DNA from: Macrostomum lignano
Lineage: Eukaryota
NCBI GenBank assembly: GCA_002269645.1
Contig: NIVC01001372.1
Coordinates: 1 to 64,000 of the forward strand
Direction: 5' to 3'
Length of the DNA: 64,000 nt
Of this stretch, positions 50,736 to 64,000 are shown piece by piece; the first letter of the stretch is position 1; the number at the start of each line of letters is the position of its first letter. The translations under genes were made by a program, and so were the position numbers. Under the pieces are notes generated by a model, which saw only the letters and a list, made by a program, of their open reading frames with translations, did not search any database and had not been told where the DNA came from.

Positions 50736-51409
50736 CAGCAATTGCAACAGTCTGCTTCTGCTTCTGGAATGAAACGATCAGCTTCAACGCATGCTAGCGC
50801 CGATTTGATGACGTCTGGCGGCAGCAGTTCGTCTCAGGGTGGTCTGTTTGAAGTGCGATCTATGTAGGAGACTCAGAGAGAGGCTCTTTAAACAGGCTAC
50901 AGGGGGTAGCTTTGTAGTAAACGCGTCTGGCTCTTGCGCTACAGCCCCTTGCTTCACAGAATATACAGAATGCCCGATCAGCCCTCTTGCAGAGAAATCC
51001 GCCGAAAAAACTATGATTGGTGATTTTCTATTTTTGTGGTGAAGACAGTTACACTATTTTACACTACACTATTTTGACCAAACTCCCTTTAAATGAAATT
51101 TAAATTTAAATTTTTAATTTGTTTAAATTTAAACAATCGGAACAGCAATTTAAACTGTCTGTGAAACACAGTTCTTACAGAAATTCAATTAAGACACTCT
51201 CTTTCATATTCAACAGAGCCCTTTTCGGTTCAGTCAGCCAAAACTTTCATGGACTTTCTCTCTTTATTGCTCCACTTGCAGATCCATGAGAGGAAATTCT
51301 AAACAAACACAAGACAATCAAAAGAAACAAAATGAATAAACAAGAGCCCGAGGTCTGACGGCGCATTTAAGGCGCCTTCTGATTCGCTCTTCATTCTCGC
51401 CTCTTTCCT

Positions 51410-52585
51410 CAGTCGCGCACTCCACCCCTCCTTGCCTTATCTTGTACGCTCGTACTTAAACCCCCACCCCGCTAATTAAAAGCGCGCACTCCACTCCTCC
51501 TTGCCTTATCTTGTACTTAAACCCCCACCCCGCTAATTAAATGCGCGCACTCCAATCGTCCTTGCCTTATCTTGTACTTAAACCCCCACCCCGCTAATTA
51601 AATGCGCGCACTCCACTCCTCCTTGCCTTATCTTGTACTTAAACCCCCACCCCGCTAATAAAAATGCGCGCACTCCACCCCTCCTTGCCTTATCTTGTAC
51701 TTAGACCGCCACCCCGCTAATTAAATGCGCGCACTCCACTCCTCCTTGCCTTATCTTGTACTTAAACCCCCACCCCGCTAATTAAATGCGCGCACTCCAA
51801 TCGTCCTTGCCTTATCTTATACTTAACCCCCACCCCGCTAATTAAATGCGCGCACTCCACCACTCCTTGCCTTATCTTGTACTTAAACCCCCACCCCGCT
51901 AATTAAATGCGCGCACTCCACTCCTCCTTGCCTTATCTTGTACTTAAACCCCCACCCCGCTAATTAAATGCGCGCACTCCACTCCTCCTTGCCTTATTTT
52001 GTACTTAAACCCCCACCCCGCTAATTAAATGCGAGAACTCCACTCCTCCTTGCCTTATCTTGTACTTAAACCCATACCCCGCTAATTAAAAGCGCGCGCA
52101 CTCTACTCCTCCTTGCCTTATCTTGTACTTAAACCCCCACCCCGCTAATTAAATGCGCGCACTCCACTCCTCCTTGCCTTATCTTGTACTTAAACCCCCA
52201 CCCCGCTAATTAAATGCGCGCACTCCACTCCTCCTTGCCTTATCTTGTACTTAAACCCCCACCCCGCTAATTAAATGCGCGCACTCCACTCCTCCTTGCC
52301 TTATCTTGTACTTAAACCCCCACCCCGCTAATTAAATGCGCGCACTCCACTCCTCCTTGCCTTATCTTGTACTTAAACCCCCACCCCGCTAATTAAATGC
52401 GCGCACTCCACTCCTCCTTGCCTTATCTTGTACTTAAACCCCCACCCCGCTAATTAAATGCGCGCACTCCACTCCTCCTTGCCTTATCTTGTACTTAAAC
52501 CCCCACCCCGCTAATTAAATGCGCGCACTCCACTCCTCCTTGCCTTATCTTGTACTTAAACCCCCACCCCCCTAATTAAATGCGC
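51410..52585. repeat. 61-bp C-rich minisatellite, ~19 copies
   Basis: gcgcgcactccactcctccttgccttatcttgtacttaaacccccaccccgctaattaaat. Confidence 0.95.
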
Positions 52586-53443
52586 CAGCGCCAGTAGTCA
52601 CTTATACTTTCGCGTGTGCGGCTTGGAGGGGTTGTGCCATAGACGACTGAGACTGCGAGTAGCAACAGCCGCTACTGACATGAATAAGGCAGTCATTAGC
52701 AACATCGAAGGCACCAACAGAGGCTACTGTAACATTGTGACAGCATCAAGAAGGCAATGCGCTGCATATAACTGTAAGAACTATGAAGTGTCAATTCTGA
52801 AGCAATATCTAAGTTTATAGAATCATATGCAGAGTCTACATATATATTGTCCAATTGCTGGTGGGAAGCTATGTTTAGCAACAGGCGGGCAGCGAAATTT
52901 TTAATCGGTGAGAGATGAGAGAAAAAGTAGTAAACCGAGGCGAAGGCCAGACTTTATTCAAAAGTAATAAAAACTGGACCTCTATATACGCACACAATAA
53001 GCAAAAAGTAAAACGGCCCAATTGGCGACCACAGCAAACGCAAAATACACAGAAAAAGGAAATAATAAATAAATACTTTTGTCAGTTTATGTGGATAAAT
53101 CTTACATATATATATTTATTTATATGCATATAGAATTCATAACTACTGATCAGCTTCACCACAGAAGTAGTTTGTTCGCATATTAACTTCAAACATCACG
53201 CGACAGTCGATCGGGCATTCTGTGTATATTCTGTGTCTTGATTCGATTCCATGCGCTGCCATATTCATTTATTAGAGCTTTTGCACGAAAAATGGCCTAC
53301 GGGTTGTCGTGTAATTCGCACCTATGAGAGGCCAACCCTTAAGGCCAGAGTGTGTACATGTGTGTGGAGAACCTGTGTGAGCGGGTGTATCATTGACTAG
53401 TCTTTTTACCATAGAAGCGTGTACAATCGTACCGGGAGTTTTA

Positions 53444-53519
53444 ACCTGGTGATTAGAGAGTCGAAATCACGACTGAAAGGTTGGAGGTTCAATTCTCGAC
53501 CCACTCTCGGAACAATTTA
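53444..53519 (+). mobile_element. Truncated tRNA-like head of the 3070-3337 SINE family
   Basis: cctggtgattagagagtcgaaatcacgactgaaaggttggaggttcaattctcgacccactctcggaacaattta aligns with the reverse complement of 3255-3332. Confidence 0.75.
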
Positions 53520-54680
53520 TAACCATATAGCTAGGTCAGCTTACGACCCGATAAATAGATCGCCCGCAATCCAAAAAATGAATTTAAACATTCACGTACT
53601 TAACAAAACTAACTGAATTAAATTACAGATTTTCTAGTGTTGTAAAGATAGTTATCTTGTACAATAAAGTTTGCAACAATTTGTTTTAAAAACCCAATAA
53701 TTGACTGAGAAAGTTTAGAAAATTTAAATAAAGTGAATCGAAATCATTTTTGCTGTGATTATTTTGCTTCTAATATATAATCAATATCTACCATGTTTGA
53801 ATCGGATTATTGTAGTTTAGTCTTTTTTACTGGCAATGATATCTGAGCGCTTTTATTCTCTTCAAATATTTATTGATTACTTTAATGCCACTTGTACAAC
53901 TGTAATGCGATTAAATTCCATTAATAAAACATACTATATTAAATATTTTTGTTTTACATTTTATTTTCTTCATAACTCTTACGCATCGAGTTTTAGAGAC
54001 TTTTTTATGCGCTCCTGCTATCCATGGTCTGAGATGTTATTTTCATTCTTTATTTCGATGCAGTTCTATCCGTTTATTCTTACTCTTTAATTGCATTCTT
54101 ATAGTTAATAATTATAGATTTTTTACGACTTCTCAATAAATTTATCGTTTTAACACGAAAAATGCACTGATAAGCTACTTTTTCCAAAGTTGTTAGTAGT
54201 ATGGTTGTCAATCAATACTGCTGGTTTGGCCCTTATTTATGATGTTTCTTCTTTTTGCTTTCTTATTATTAGTAAAACACTGTCTCTCTTTTTTGTTCTG
54301 ATACTAGTACGAGTATATAAACATTATTTATTTACTTTTGAAGGAAGAAAAAATATATAAATGATGACAATGAGTGCCGCGTGTTTTAATGTCTTTTTAT
54401 TTCTAATATTCTCAGTTTGGTGTTTTATTTAATGTTTGAACAGGCCCACTAGTAATTAAACATAAAATAGATTTTCGTAGATAAAATGGGTAAAATCAAT
54501 CCGTCAAATAGTAGCATTAATTATTCTGTTTCTATTCTATATAACTACTGTTAGTAGATACGCATATGGTAGAAAAATTTCTTTATTTGTTATAATCATT
54601 CGATTTCTTTTTTCGATAAGAATAATCGTCTGTTTGTTCAATAAAGCAAGCAAATTTGGGGTAAAAAGTACATTTAGAAA

Positions 54681-57600
54681 TCACGGAAAATCGGTCACCA
54701 ATCGCACATTTGATGGCAGCTGCACTCGTTGCAGCGTCACAGTGCCAATGCTTGTTCGTCGAGACTCCAGCTGTTGCTGCTGCTGCTGTCTGTTCTCGGC
54801 ATCTTTTGCGTCAACAACGCCTCTAAGAAAGTCCGTGTAGGGTAGCAGAAAAGCGCCTTCGCCGCCAGTATTAAGACGCAGTACTCTATCGATGAAGGTC
54901 TCAAACTCTTGGTAGAGTCTAATTAATTCCTCTTCTGCCGCGGCTCGTTTCTGTCTGGTTGACGCGTGAGCAGATTCCACTGCTTCGATTTCAGCTAGGA
55001 GTTCGGCTTCTTTGGCCTCTGCTTCAGCTGTTAGCTTCTCTAGCTGGAGCTGCATTTGCTGTTGCAGGTCCTGTGAGTTTTTATGGATGGTTGGAAGGGA
55101 AAGTGTTTTATAAATTCGAAACATTAAAATTGAATTTCTAACCTGAATCGTATTTGAAATCAAAGAAACTACTGTAATTATAGCTTGGCTAGAACGCAAA
55201 AATCTACTGAGTGATTACCCAACTGAGTAATTAATGGACACAAAGAGAGTCGTTTTAAAAGTTCTCTTTAAAAGTGCTCCAAAGCTTCGTAAGAATCTTT
55301 CCCAATCAGCACTCAAGCATCATCCGTAAGCTGCATAAGAATCTTTGCCAATCAGCACTCAAGCATCATCCGTAAGCTGCATAAGAATCTTTCCTAATCA
55401 GCACTCAAGCATAATCTGTAAGCTGCATAAGAATCTTTCCCAATCAGCACTCAAGCATCATCCGTAAGCTGCATAAGAATCTTTCCCAATCAGCACTCAA
55501 GCATCATCCGTAAGCTGCATAAGAATCTTTCCCAATCAGCACTCAAGCATCATCCGTAAGCTGCATAAGAATCTTTCCCAATCAGCACTCAAGCATCATC
55601 CGTAAGCTGCATAAGAATCTTTCCTAATCAGCACTCAAGCATAATCTGTAAGCTGCATAAGAATCTTTCCCAATCAGCACTCAAGCATCATCCGTAAGCT
55701 GCATAAGAATCTTTCCTAATCAGCACTCAAGCATAATCTGTAAGCTGCATAAGAATCTTTCCCAATCAGCACTCAAGCATCATCCGTAAGCTGCATAAGA
55801 ATCTTTCCCAATCAGCACTCAAGCATCATCCGTAAGCTGCATAAGAATCTTTCCCAATCAGCACTCAAGCATCATCCGTAAGCTGCATAAGAATCTTTCC
55901 CAATCAGCACTCAAGCATCATCCGTAAGCTGCATAAGAATCTTTCCCAATCAGCACTCAAGCATCATCCGTAAGCTGCATAAGAATCTTTCCCAATCAGC
56001 ACTCAAGCATCATCCGTAAGCTGCATAAGAATCTTTCCCAATCAGCACTCAAGCATCATCCGTAAGCTGCATAAGAATCTTTCCCAATCAGCACTCAAGC
56101 ATCATCCGTAAGCTGCATAAGAATCTTTCCCAATCAGCACTCAAGCATCATCCGTAAGCTGCATAAGAATCTTTCCCAATCAGCACTCAAGCATCATCCG
56201 TAAGCTGCATAAGAATCTTTCCCAATCAGCACTCAAGCATCATCCGTAAGCTGCATAAGAATCTTTCCCAATCAGCACTCAAGCATCATCCGTAAGCTGC
56301 ATAAGAATCTTTCCCAATCAGCACTCAAGCATCATCCGTAAGCTGCATAAGAATCTTTCCCAATCAGCACTCAAGCATCATCCGTAAGCTGCATAAGAAT
56401 CTTTCCCAATCAGCACTCAAGCATCATCCGTAAGCTGCATAAGAATCTTTCCCAATCAGCACTCAAGCATCATCCGTAAGCTGCATAAGAATCTTTCCCA
56501 ATCAGCACTCAAGCATCATCCGTAAGCTGCATAAGAATCTTTCCCAATCAGCACTCAAGAATCATCCGTAAGCTGCATAAGAAGCTTTCCCAATCAGCAC
56601 TTAAGCATCATCCGTATGCTGCATAAGAAACTTTCCCAATCAGCACTCAAGCATCATCCGTAAGCTGCATAAGAATCTTTCCCAATCAGCACTCAAGCAT
56701 CATCCGTAAGCTGCATAAGAATCTTTCCCAATCAGCACTCAAGCATCATCCGTAAGCTGCATAAGAATCTTTCCCAATCAGCACTCAAGCATCATCCGTA
56801 AGCTGCATAAGAATCTTTCCCAATCAGCACTCAAGAATCATCCGTAAGCTGCATAAGAAGCTTTCCCAATCAGCACTTAAGCATCATCCGTATGCTGCAT
56901 AAGAAACTTTCCCAATCAGCACTCAAGCATCATCCGTAAGCTGCATAAGAATCTTTCCCAATCAGCACTCAAGCATCATCCGTAAGCTGCATAAGAATCT
57001 TTCCCAATCAGCACTCAAGCATCATCCGTAAGCTGCATAAGAATCTTTCCCAATCAGCACTCAAGCATCATCCGTAAGCTGCATAAGAATCTTTCCTAAT
57101 CAGCACTCAAGCATAATCTGTAAGCTGCATAAGAATCTTTCCCAATCAGCACTCAAGCATCATCCGTAAGCTGCATAAGAATCTTTCCTAATCAGCACTC
57201 AAGCATAATCTGTAAGCTGCATAAGAATCTTTCCCAATCAGCACTCAAGCATCATCCGTAAGCTGCATAAGAATCTTTCCCAATCAGCACTGAAGCATCA
57301 TCCGTAAGCTGCATAAGAATCTTTCCCAATCAGCACTCAAGCATCATCCGCAAGCTGCATAAGAATCTTTCCCAATCAGCACTCAAGCATCATCCGTAAG
57401 CTGCATAAGAATCTTTCCCAATCAGCACTCAAGCATCATCCGTAAGCTGCATAAGAATCTTTCCCAATCAGCACTCAAGCATCATCCGTAAGCTGCATAA
57501 GAATCTTTCCCAATCAGCACTCAAGCATCATCCGTAAGCTGCATAAGAATCTTTCCCAATCAGCACTCAAGCATCATCCGTAAGCTGCATAAGAATCTTT

Positions 57601-60600
57601 CCCAATCAGCACTCAAGCATCATCCGTAAGCTGCATAAGAATCTTTCCCAATCAGCACTCAAGCATCATCCGTAAGCTGCATAAGAATCTTTCCCAATCA
57701 GCACTCAAGCATCATCCGTAAGCTGCATAAGAATCTTTCCCAATCAGCACTCAAGCATCATCCGTAAGCTGCATAAGAATCTTTCCCAATCAGCACTCAA
57801 GCATCATCCGTAAGCTGCATAAGAATCTTTCCCAATCAGCACTCAAGCATCATCCGTAAGCTGCATAAGAATCTTTCCCAATCAGCACTCAAGCATCATC
57901 CGTAAGCTGCATAAGAATCTTTCCCAATCAGCACTCAAGCATCATCCGTAAGCTGCATAAGAATCTTTCCCAATCAGCACTCAAGCATCATCCGTAAGCT
58001 GCATAAGAATCTTTCCCAATCAGCACTCAAGCATCATCCGTAAGCTGCATAAGAATCTTTCCCAATCAGCACTCAAGCATCATCCGTAAGCTGCATAAGA
58101 ATCTTTCCCAATCAGCACTCAAGCATCATCCGTAAGCTGCATAAGAATCTTTCCCAATCAGCACTCAAGAATCATCCGTAAGCTGCATAAGAAGCTTTCC
58201 CAATCAGCACTTAAGCATCATCCGTAAGCTGCATAAGAAGCTTTCCCAATCAGCACTCAAGCATCATCCGTATGCTGCATAAGAAACTTTCCCAATCAGC
58301 ACTCAAGCATCATCCGTAAGCTGCATAAGAATCTTTCCCAATCAGCACTCAAGCATCATCCGTAAGCTGCATAAGAATCTTTCCTAATCAGCACTCAAGC
58401 ATAATCTGTAAGCTGCATAAGAATCTTTCCCAATCAGCACTCAAGCATCATCCGTAAGCTGCATAAGAATCTTTCCTAATCAGCACTCAAGCATAATCTG
58501 TAAGCTGCATAAGAATCTTTCCCAATCAGCACTCAAGCATCATCCGTAAGCTGCATAAGAATCTTTCCCAATCAGCACTGAAGCATCATCCGTAAGCTGC
58601 ATAAGAATCTTTCCCAATCAGCACTCAAGCATCATCCGCAAGCTGCATAAGAATCTTTCCCAATCAGCACTCAAGCATCATCCGTAAGCTGCATAAGAAT
58701 CTTTCCCAATCAGCACTCAAGCATCATCCGTAAGCTGCATAAGAATCTTTCCCAATCAGCACTCAAGCATCATCCGTAAGCTGCATAAGAATCTTTCCCA
58801 ATCAGCACTCAAGCATCATCCGTAAGCTGCATAAGAATCTTTCCCAATCAGCACTCAAGCATCATCCGTAAGCTGCATAAGAATCTTTCCCAATCAGCAC
58901 TCAAGCATCATCCGTAAGCTGCATAAGAATCTTTCCCAATCAGCACTCAAGCATCATCCGTAAGCTGCATAAGAATCTTTCCCAATCAGCACTCAAGCAT
59001 CATCCGTAAGCTGCATAAGAATCTTTCCCAATCAGCACTCAAGCATCATCCGTAAGCTGCATAAGAATCTTTCCCAATCAGCACTCAAGCATCATCCGTA
59101 AGCTGCATAAGAATCTTTCCCAATCAGCACTCAAGCATCATCCGTAAGCTGCATAAGAATCTTTCCCAATCAGCACTCAAGCATCATCCGTAAGCTGCAT
59201 AAGAATCTTTCCCAATCAGCACTCAAGCATCATCCGTAAGCTGCATAAGAATCTTTCCCAATCAGCACTCAAGCATCATCCGTAAGCTGCATAAGAATCT
59301 TTCCCAATCAGCACTCAAGCATCATCCGTAAGCTGCATAAGAATCTTTCCCAATCAGCACTCAAGCATCATCCGTAAGCTGCATAAGAATCTTTCCCAAT
59401 CAGCACTCAAGCATCATCCGTAAGCTGCATAAGAATCTTTCCCAATCAGCACTCAAGAATCATCCGTAAGCTGCATAAGAAGCTTTCCCAATCAGCACTT
59501 AAGCATCATCCGTAAGCTGCATAAGAAGCTTTCCCAATCAGCACTCAAGCATCATCCGTAAGCTGCATAAGAATCTTTCCCAATCAGCACTCAAGCATCA
59601 TCCGTAAGCTGCATAAGAATCTTTCCCAATCAGCACTCAAGCATCATCCGTAAGCTGCATAAGAATCTTTCCCAATCAGCACTCAAGCATCATCCATAAG
59701 CTGCATAAGAATCTTTCCTGATTAGCACTCAAGCATCATCCGTAAGCTGCATAAGAATCTTTCCCAATCAGCACTCAAGCATCATCCATAAGCTGCATAA
59801 GAATCTTTCCTGATTAGCACCTAAAAATGATCGGTAAGCTTCATAAGAATCTTTTCTAATCAGCAGCCAAAGTGATCCTTAACCTGAGTTCTTTTTCTGC
59901 AAATTTATATTCTGGGAGTGTTGCGAACGAATAGACCTTTGTCACGATCTATTTTTGTCTAATCTCCAGTCGTAACCTGATGCAGCACGTTCTTTTTGCC
60001 TTCTTTCTTTTATTAAGCGTCTCTTTAATAATTTTTAAGGCCGAATATTCTAGAAAACTGCGCTTGCGAAAAATGTACGACCCGCTACATTGCCTCTCCA
60101 TTCAGGATACGAGCCTTGGAAAACTAGAGCAGCCAAATCCGAAATCTACCAAGAAAGCTGTTTGAAAAAAAATTTGCAGCCTGATTTTCGTCACATCGGG
60201 TTTTTTCTAGGCCAGTTTTCTTAGATTTAGAACCGCGGTTTGTGGGGTTTTAGGCTGCTAATCTTCAGTATTTTTATATGCTATAGATAAACCTAGGCTA
60301 TGGAAATCAAAATTATAGCATACCAAGCTGAGTCGGTTGCTGTATCAAATGCATTTTTTCTCGTAGCTTGGACTGAGTTTGGCCAACTAATGGGTAGCAG
60401 AAAACCAACTGAGTGGTAGGCTAAATGTATTACCCAACGTGTACAAGTTCAAGTAAAATAATCAACAGGTAATACACTAAATAGGACAGGGATGGGCCAA
60501 CCTTTGGGCTAAACCTCTCCTCTATCAGGTCCTCGGTTCCTTTGAAACTTCACAATCGCAATCCGGCCCGCTCACGTTTTGTGTCTCTTCTCAGCTCTCC

Positions 60601-62181
60601 TCTCTCTCCTCTTCTCTTCTCTCTTCTCAGCAGCATGTACATGTACGCATGTAAGCTGCCCAAATAAGGTTGGCTTAGAAGTGAGTCTTGACACAAAAAT
60701 ATTAAAACTACTCGCCTTCCGAATGCGTCTCTCCTCATCACGGGCCTTGAGCAATTCGCGCACCAGTTCGGCATTTTTCTCGGCTTCGAGTTTAGCCAGC
60801 GCCGCTTCTCTTATTCGTTTCTCTTCTGCTTTAAGCTCGACTATTTGTCGCTTATGCTGCTCCAGAAGTTTCTGCTTCTCCCTGGCCGCTATAGCGCGTT
60901 CCTCTTCTCGCGCCTCCGTCACTTGACGTTCAGCTTCCGTTGTCCACCAGGCGTTTAGTTCGTCTTCTTTCTCTTTTAAACGTCGCTTGCCGTCCTCGCG
61001 CTCTTTTTCAACCGCCTCGATTAAATCCTTGCGCATTGCGGTCTCAGTTTCTAAAATCTTTTCTTGAACAATTCGCTCGTGTTCTTGTTTTAGTCTGGCA
61101 ATTTTGAACTCGTGTTGCATCGCTAGCTGCTTCTCTAAATCGGCCAGGCGCTTCTCTGTTGCTCGCTGCATCTCTTGGCGTACGCGCGATTCGCCCTCTT
61201 TCACCGCCTGATGCTGCTGAGATCTGGACACCTCGGATAGACGATGGTGAACGTCGTGTCCGACTTCTGCAAGGTTTTTGTTAGGTTTTAATTACGAGTT
61301 TAACTAATCGTTGGGTTTTAATAAATTGTCTCTTTATCAAATGAGTCATCAAGACACTGGACTTTATAAGTCCTTAGATTCCTAAAGTCTGAATTTAATA
61401 CAGAAACGTACTTATTTGCAGGCCTGTCTAAATAAAACTTAGTCTATGGTAAAAAGTTACCAACACTGTGTGCTCCCTACAGTGACAGTTTACTATACCA
61501 TTTTTGTCCTACTTTGTCCTACCAACCATAGAAAGCCATAGACAAAAGAAATCAGTTTGGTTTTTTAACTGCGTGCAATTTGGGCAACAGCTGCATGGAG
61601 ACAGAGAGGACCATAAGCTTAAATCAGTCTGGTAGACAGAGAGAGGACAGTAAATGCATACGTGACTGGGGGTTTGGAGTTAGATGTTCGCGAAACAAAC
61701 CAGATGGATAGCGAAGCAACCAAATTGTCTAAATAGTGATTTGAGTTCTTAGTCTACCGTGAATATGAACTCTGCTGGGCTCTTTGCAACGCACTAACTT
61801 GGAGGTACGATGTTGAATAGCTTATTCCTCGCTGGCATTTCTCCTCATGATTTTGCGGCAGTGCAAAAATCCCCTCTGAGAAATAACTATCCAAGCTGAT
61901 GGTTTCTTGTGTCAACTGACTCGCACTTGAATATCGCTGACTACAAGTTGTTTCGATCAGAACTTACTCAATATCCGATGATGAGTGCAGTCCTGCACTA
62001 CAAACTGTCTAGTCTCTTCGTATCGTTTTATTGGCGCCGCGGCTGTCTCAGCCTGCATACCGTTGTAGTCGATGCTAATTAGGCTCGGCTTGGATGATGC
62101 CGATGCCAGCCTCTCGCTAGCTAATTCGGGTAGGCGGATGGCCGCCGGAGCGGAATAGATTCCGATTGTCTTAGTTGTCAT
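54681..62181 (-). CDS. C6orf163-like coiled-coil protein, 3 exons, ~384 aa
   Basis: Exons 62181-61968, 61266-60716 (GC donor) and 55070-54681 join in frame. THHRIL|KVGH resembles the C6orf163 THKDILDIG motif; long E/K/R coiled coil; C-terminal YQEFETFID..AFLLP. Family assignment is from memory. Confidence 0.7.
55290..59820. repeat. 46-bp satellite, ~98 copies, in intron 2 of the C6orf163-like gene
   Basis: taagctgcataagaatctttcccaatcagcactcaagcatcatccg. Confidence 0.97.
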
Positions 62182-62859
62182 GGCTACCTTTCTGTTAAAG
62201 CGTTTCTAAGTCTGTCTTGCTAGAATTCCGATGCTGTTTTGTCAGTGTTTAGTATTTCCCTAATATGCCGCAGCTTCATTGCATCCAGTTTTTTTCTCTA
62301 TACTTGAACTGTACACCCATCTCCAAGGCTGTTTTATAACTTGGCTATGGAATACCTGTTGTGTACAGTGAGTGAGTGGCATTGTTGAGACGGCTGCTGG
62401 GGTAGTGCCGTGCATTTTCTGTCTGTCTCTCTCTCTATCCTAGCCTCCATAAATTTGCGTCTACGCTTTAGACGAAACCTTGTCAAAATAGCGTAGACGA
62501 GGCCAGCAAGAGCGAGAGAGAGAGAGAGAGAGTTGAACAAAAGCAGAGTATGCGATAGGCTTAATATTCAAGTGTGCATGCTTTTAGAGCAGTTGTCATC
62601 ATTTTTTTCTACTCCTATTCACGTGCCTATTGACCAAAGAAGCGAGATGTCAAAGTTGAGTTCAAAGAAGGATTGAGATTATTTAAGAGTATAGTTAAAA
62701 TGTTCTTTGCTTTTTCATCTCTGCCTTTTAACATGTGACAGTTGTCTTTGTTACTCCTAAATTGATTTTTTTCTGTGGATTACAGAACTGTAGATTTCTA
62801 TTTAACTCGTATTTATCTATTTATGGTTGGGAGCACTGCTACGAGCTACGTATTAGCCA

Positions 62860-64000
62860 CCTTGGTTAGCCTACTACCACGTTTGTACTTTGGATAGCCT
62901 ACTACCACGTTTGTACTTTGGATAGCCTACTACACCGTTTGTACTTTGAGTAGCCTACTACCCTGTTTGTACTTTGTATAGCCTACTACCCCGTTTGTAC
63001 TTTGGATAGCCTACTACGTACCCTGTTTGTACTTTGGATAGCCTACTACCCCGTTTGTACTTTGGATAGCTTACTACCCTGTTTGTACTTTGGATAGCCT
63101 ACTACCCCGTTTGTACTTTGTATAGCCTACTACCCCGTTTGTACTCTGTATAGCCTACTACCCCGTTTGTACTTTGGTTAGCCTACTACACTGTTTGTAC
63201 TTTGTATAGCCTACTACCCTGTTTGTACTTTGGATAGCCTACTACCCCGTTTGTACTTTGTATAGCCTATTACACTGTTTGTACTTTGTATAGCCTACTA
63301 CCCTGTTTGTACTTTGTATAGCCTACTACCCTGTTTGTACTTTGGATAGCCTACTACCCCGTTTGTACTTTGAATAGCCTACTACCCTGTTTGTACTTTG
63401 GATAGCCTACTACCCCGTTTGTACTTTGTATAGCCTACTACCCCGTTTGTACTTTGTATAGCCTACTACCCTGTTTGTACTTTGTATAGCCTACTACCCT
63501 GTTTGTACTTTGAATAGCCTACTACCCCGTTTGTACTTTGGATAGCCTACTACCCTGTTTGTACTTTGGATAGCCTACTACCCCGTTTGTACTTTGTATA
63601 GCCTACTACCCCGTTTGTACTCTGTATAGCCTACTACCCCGTTTGTACTTTGGTTAGCCTACTACACTGTTTGTACTTTGTATAGCCTACTACCCTGTTT
63701 GTACTTTGGATAGCCTACTACCCCGTTTGTACTTTGTATAGCCTACTACCCTGTTTGTACTTTGGATAGCCTACTACCCGTTTGTACTTTGGGTAGCCTA
63801 CTAACCTGTTTGTACTTTGTATAGCCTACTACCCTGTTTGTACTTTGTATAGCCTACTACCCTGTTTGTACTTTGGATAGCCTACTACGTACCCTGTTTG
63901 TACTTTGTATAGCCTACTACCCCGTTTGTACTTTTGATAGCCTACTACCCTGTTTGTACTTTATATAGCCTACTACCCCGTTTGTACTTTATATAGCCTA
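62860..64000. repeat. 28-bp minisatellite running off the window end
   Basis: tagcctactaccccgtttgtactttgga variants. Confidence 0.95.

Noticed and set aside
52740-52820. CAAYNCKN resembling a THAP-domain start
   Set aside because: No following FP/W/C-H THAP residues and an early stop; likely chance or an unrecognisable relic.

Overview
Eukaryotic, intron-rich animal DNA. The minisatellite-filled introns and gene set resemble a free-living flatworm such as Macrostomum, but that assignment is inference only. Genes reconstructed by hand from splice sites and phases: a frameshifted fibrinogen-domain (FReD) gene (+, ~0.25-1.5 kb); a complete TRPA1-like channel gene (-, 30599->4272; ~16-17 ankyrin repeats, 6TM, coiled coil, 1104 aa); intronless ERMARD (+); EDC3 (+); a PLPP4/5-type lipid phosphatase (+); and a C6orf163-like coiled-coil gene (-). 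The most striking structure is inside the TRPA gene. The nine exons encoding the coupling domain and S1-S6 channel are tandemly duplicated, and both copies are intact. Between them lie 18 apparently identical copies of a hairpin-rich 272-bp element and a junction carrying a 21-nt templated insertion. An in-frame splice path to a two-channel-domain (12-TM) TRPA exists. Other content: two tRNA-derived SINE families (one with a CORE/MIR-like domain), copia and mariner relics, a hAT-type MITE with an 8-bp TSD, two GC-AG introns, a possible stop-readthrough extension, and many minisatellites. Most long ORFs in the supplied track are repeat artefacts.
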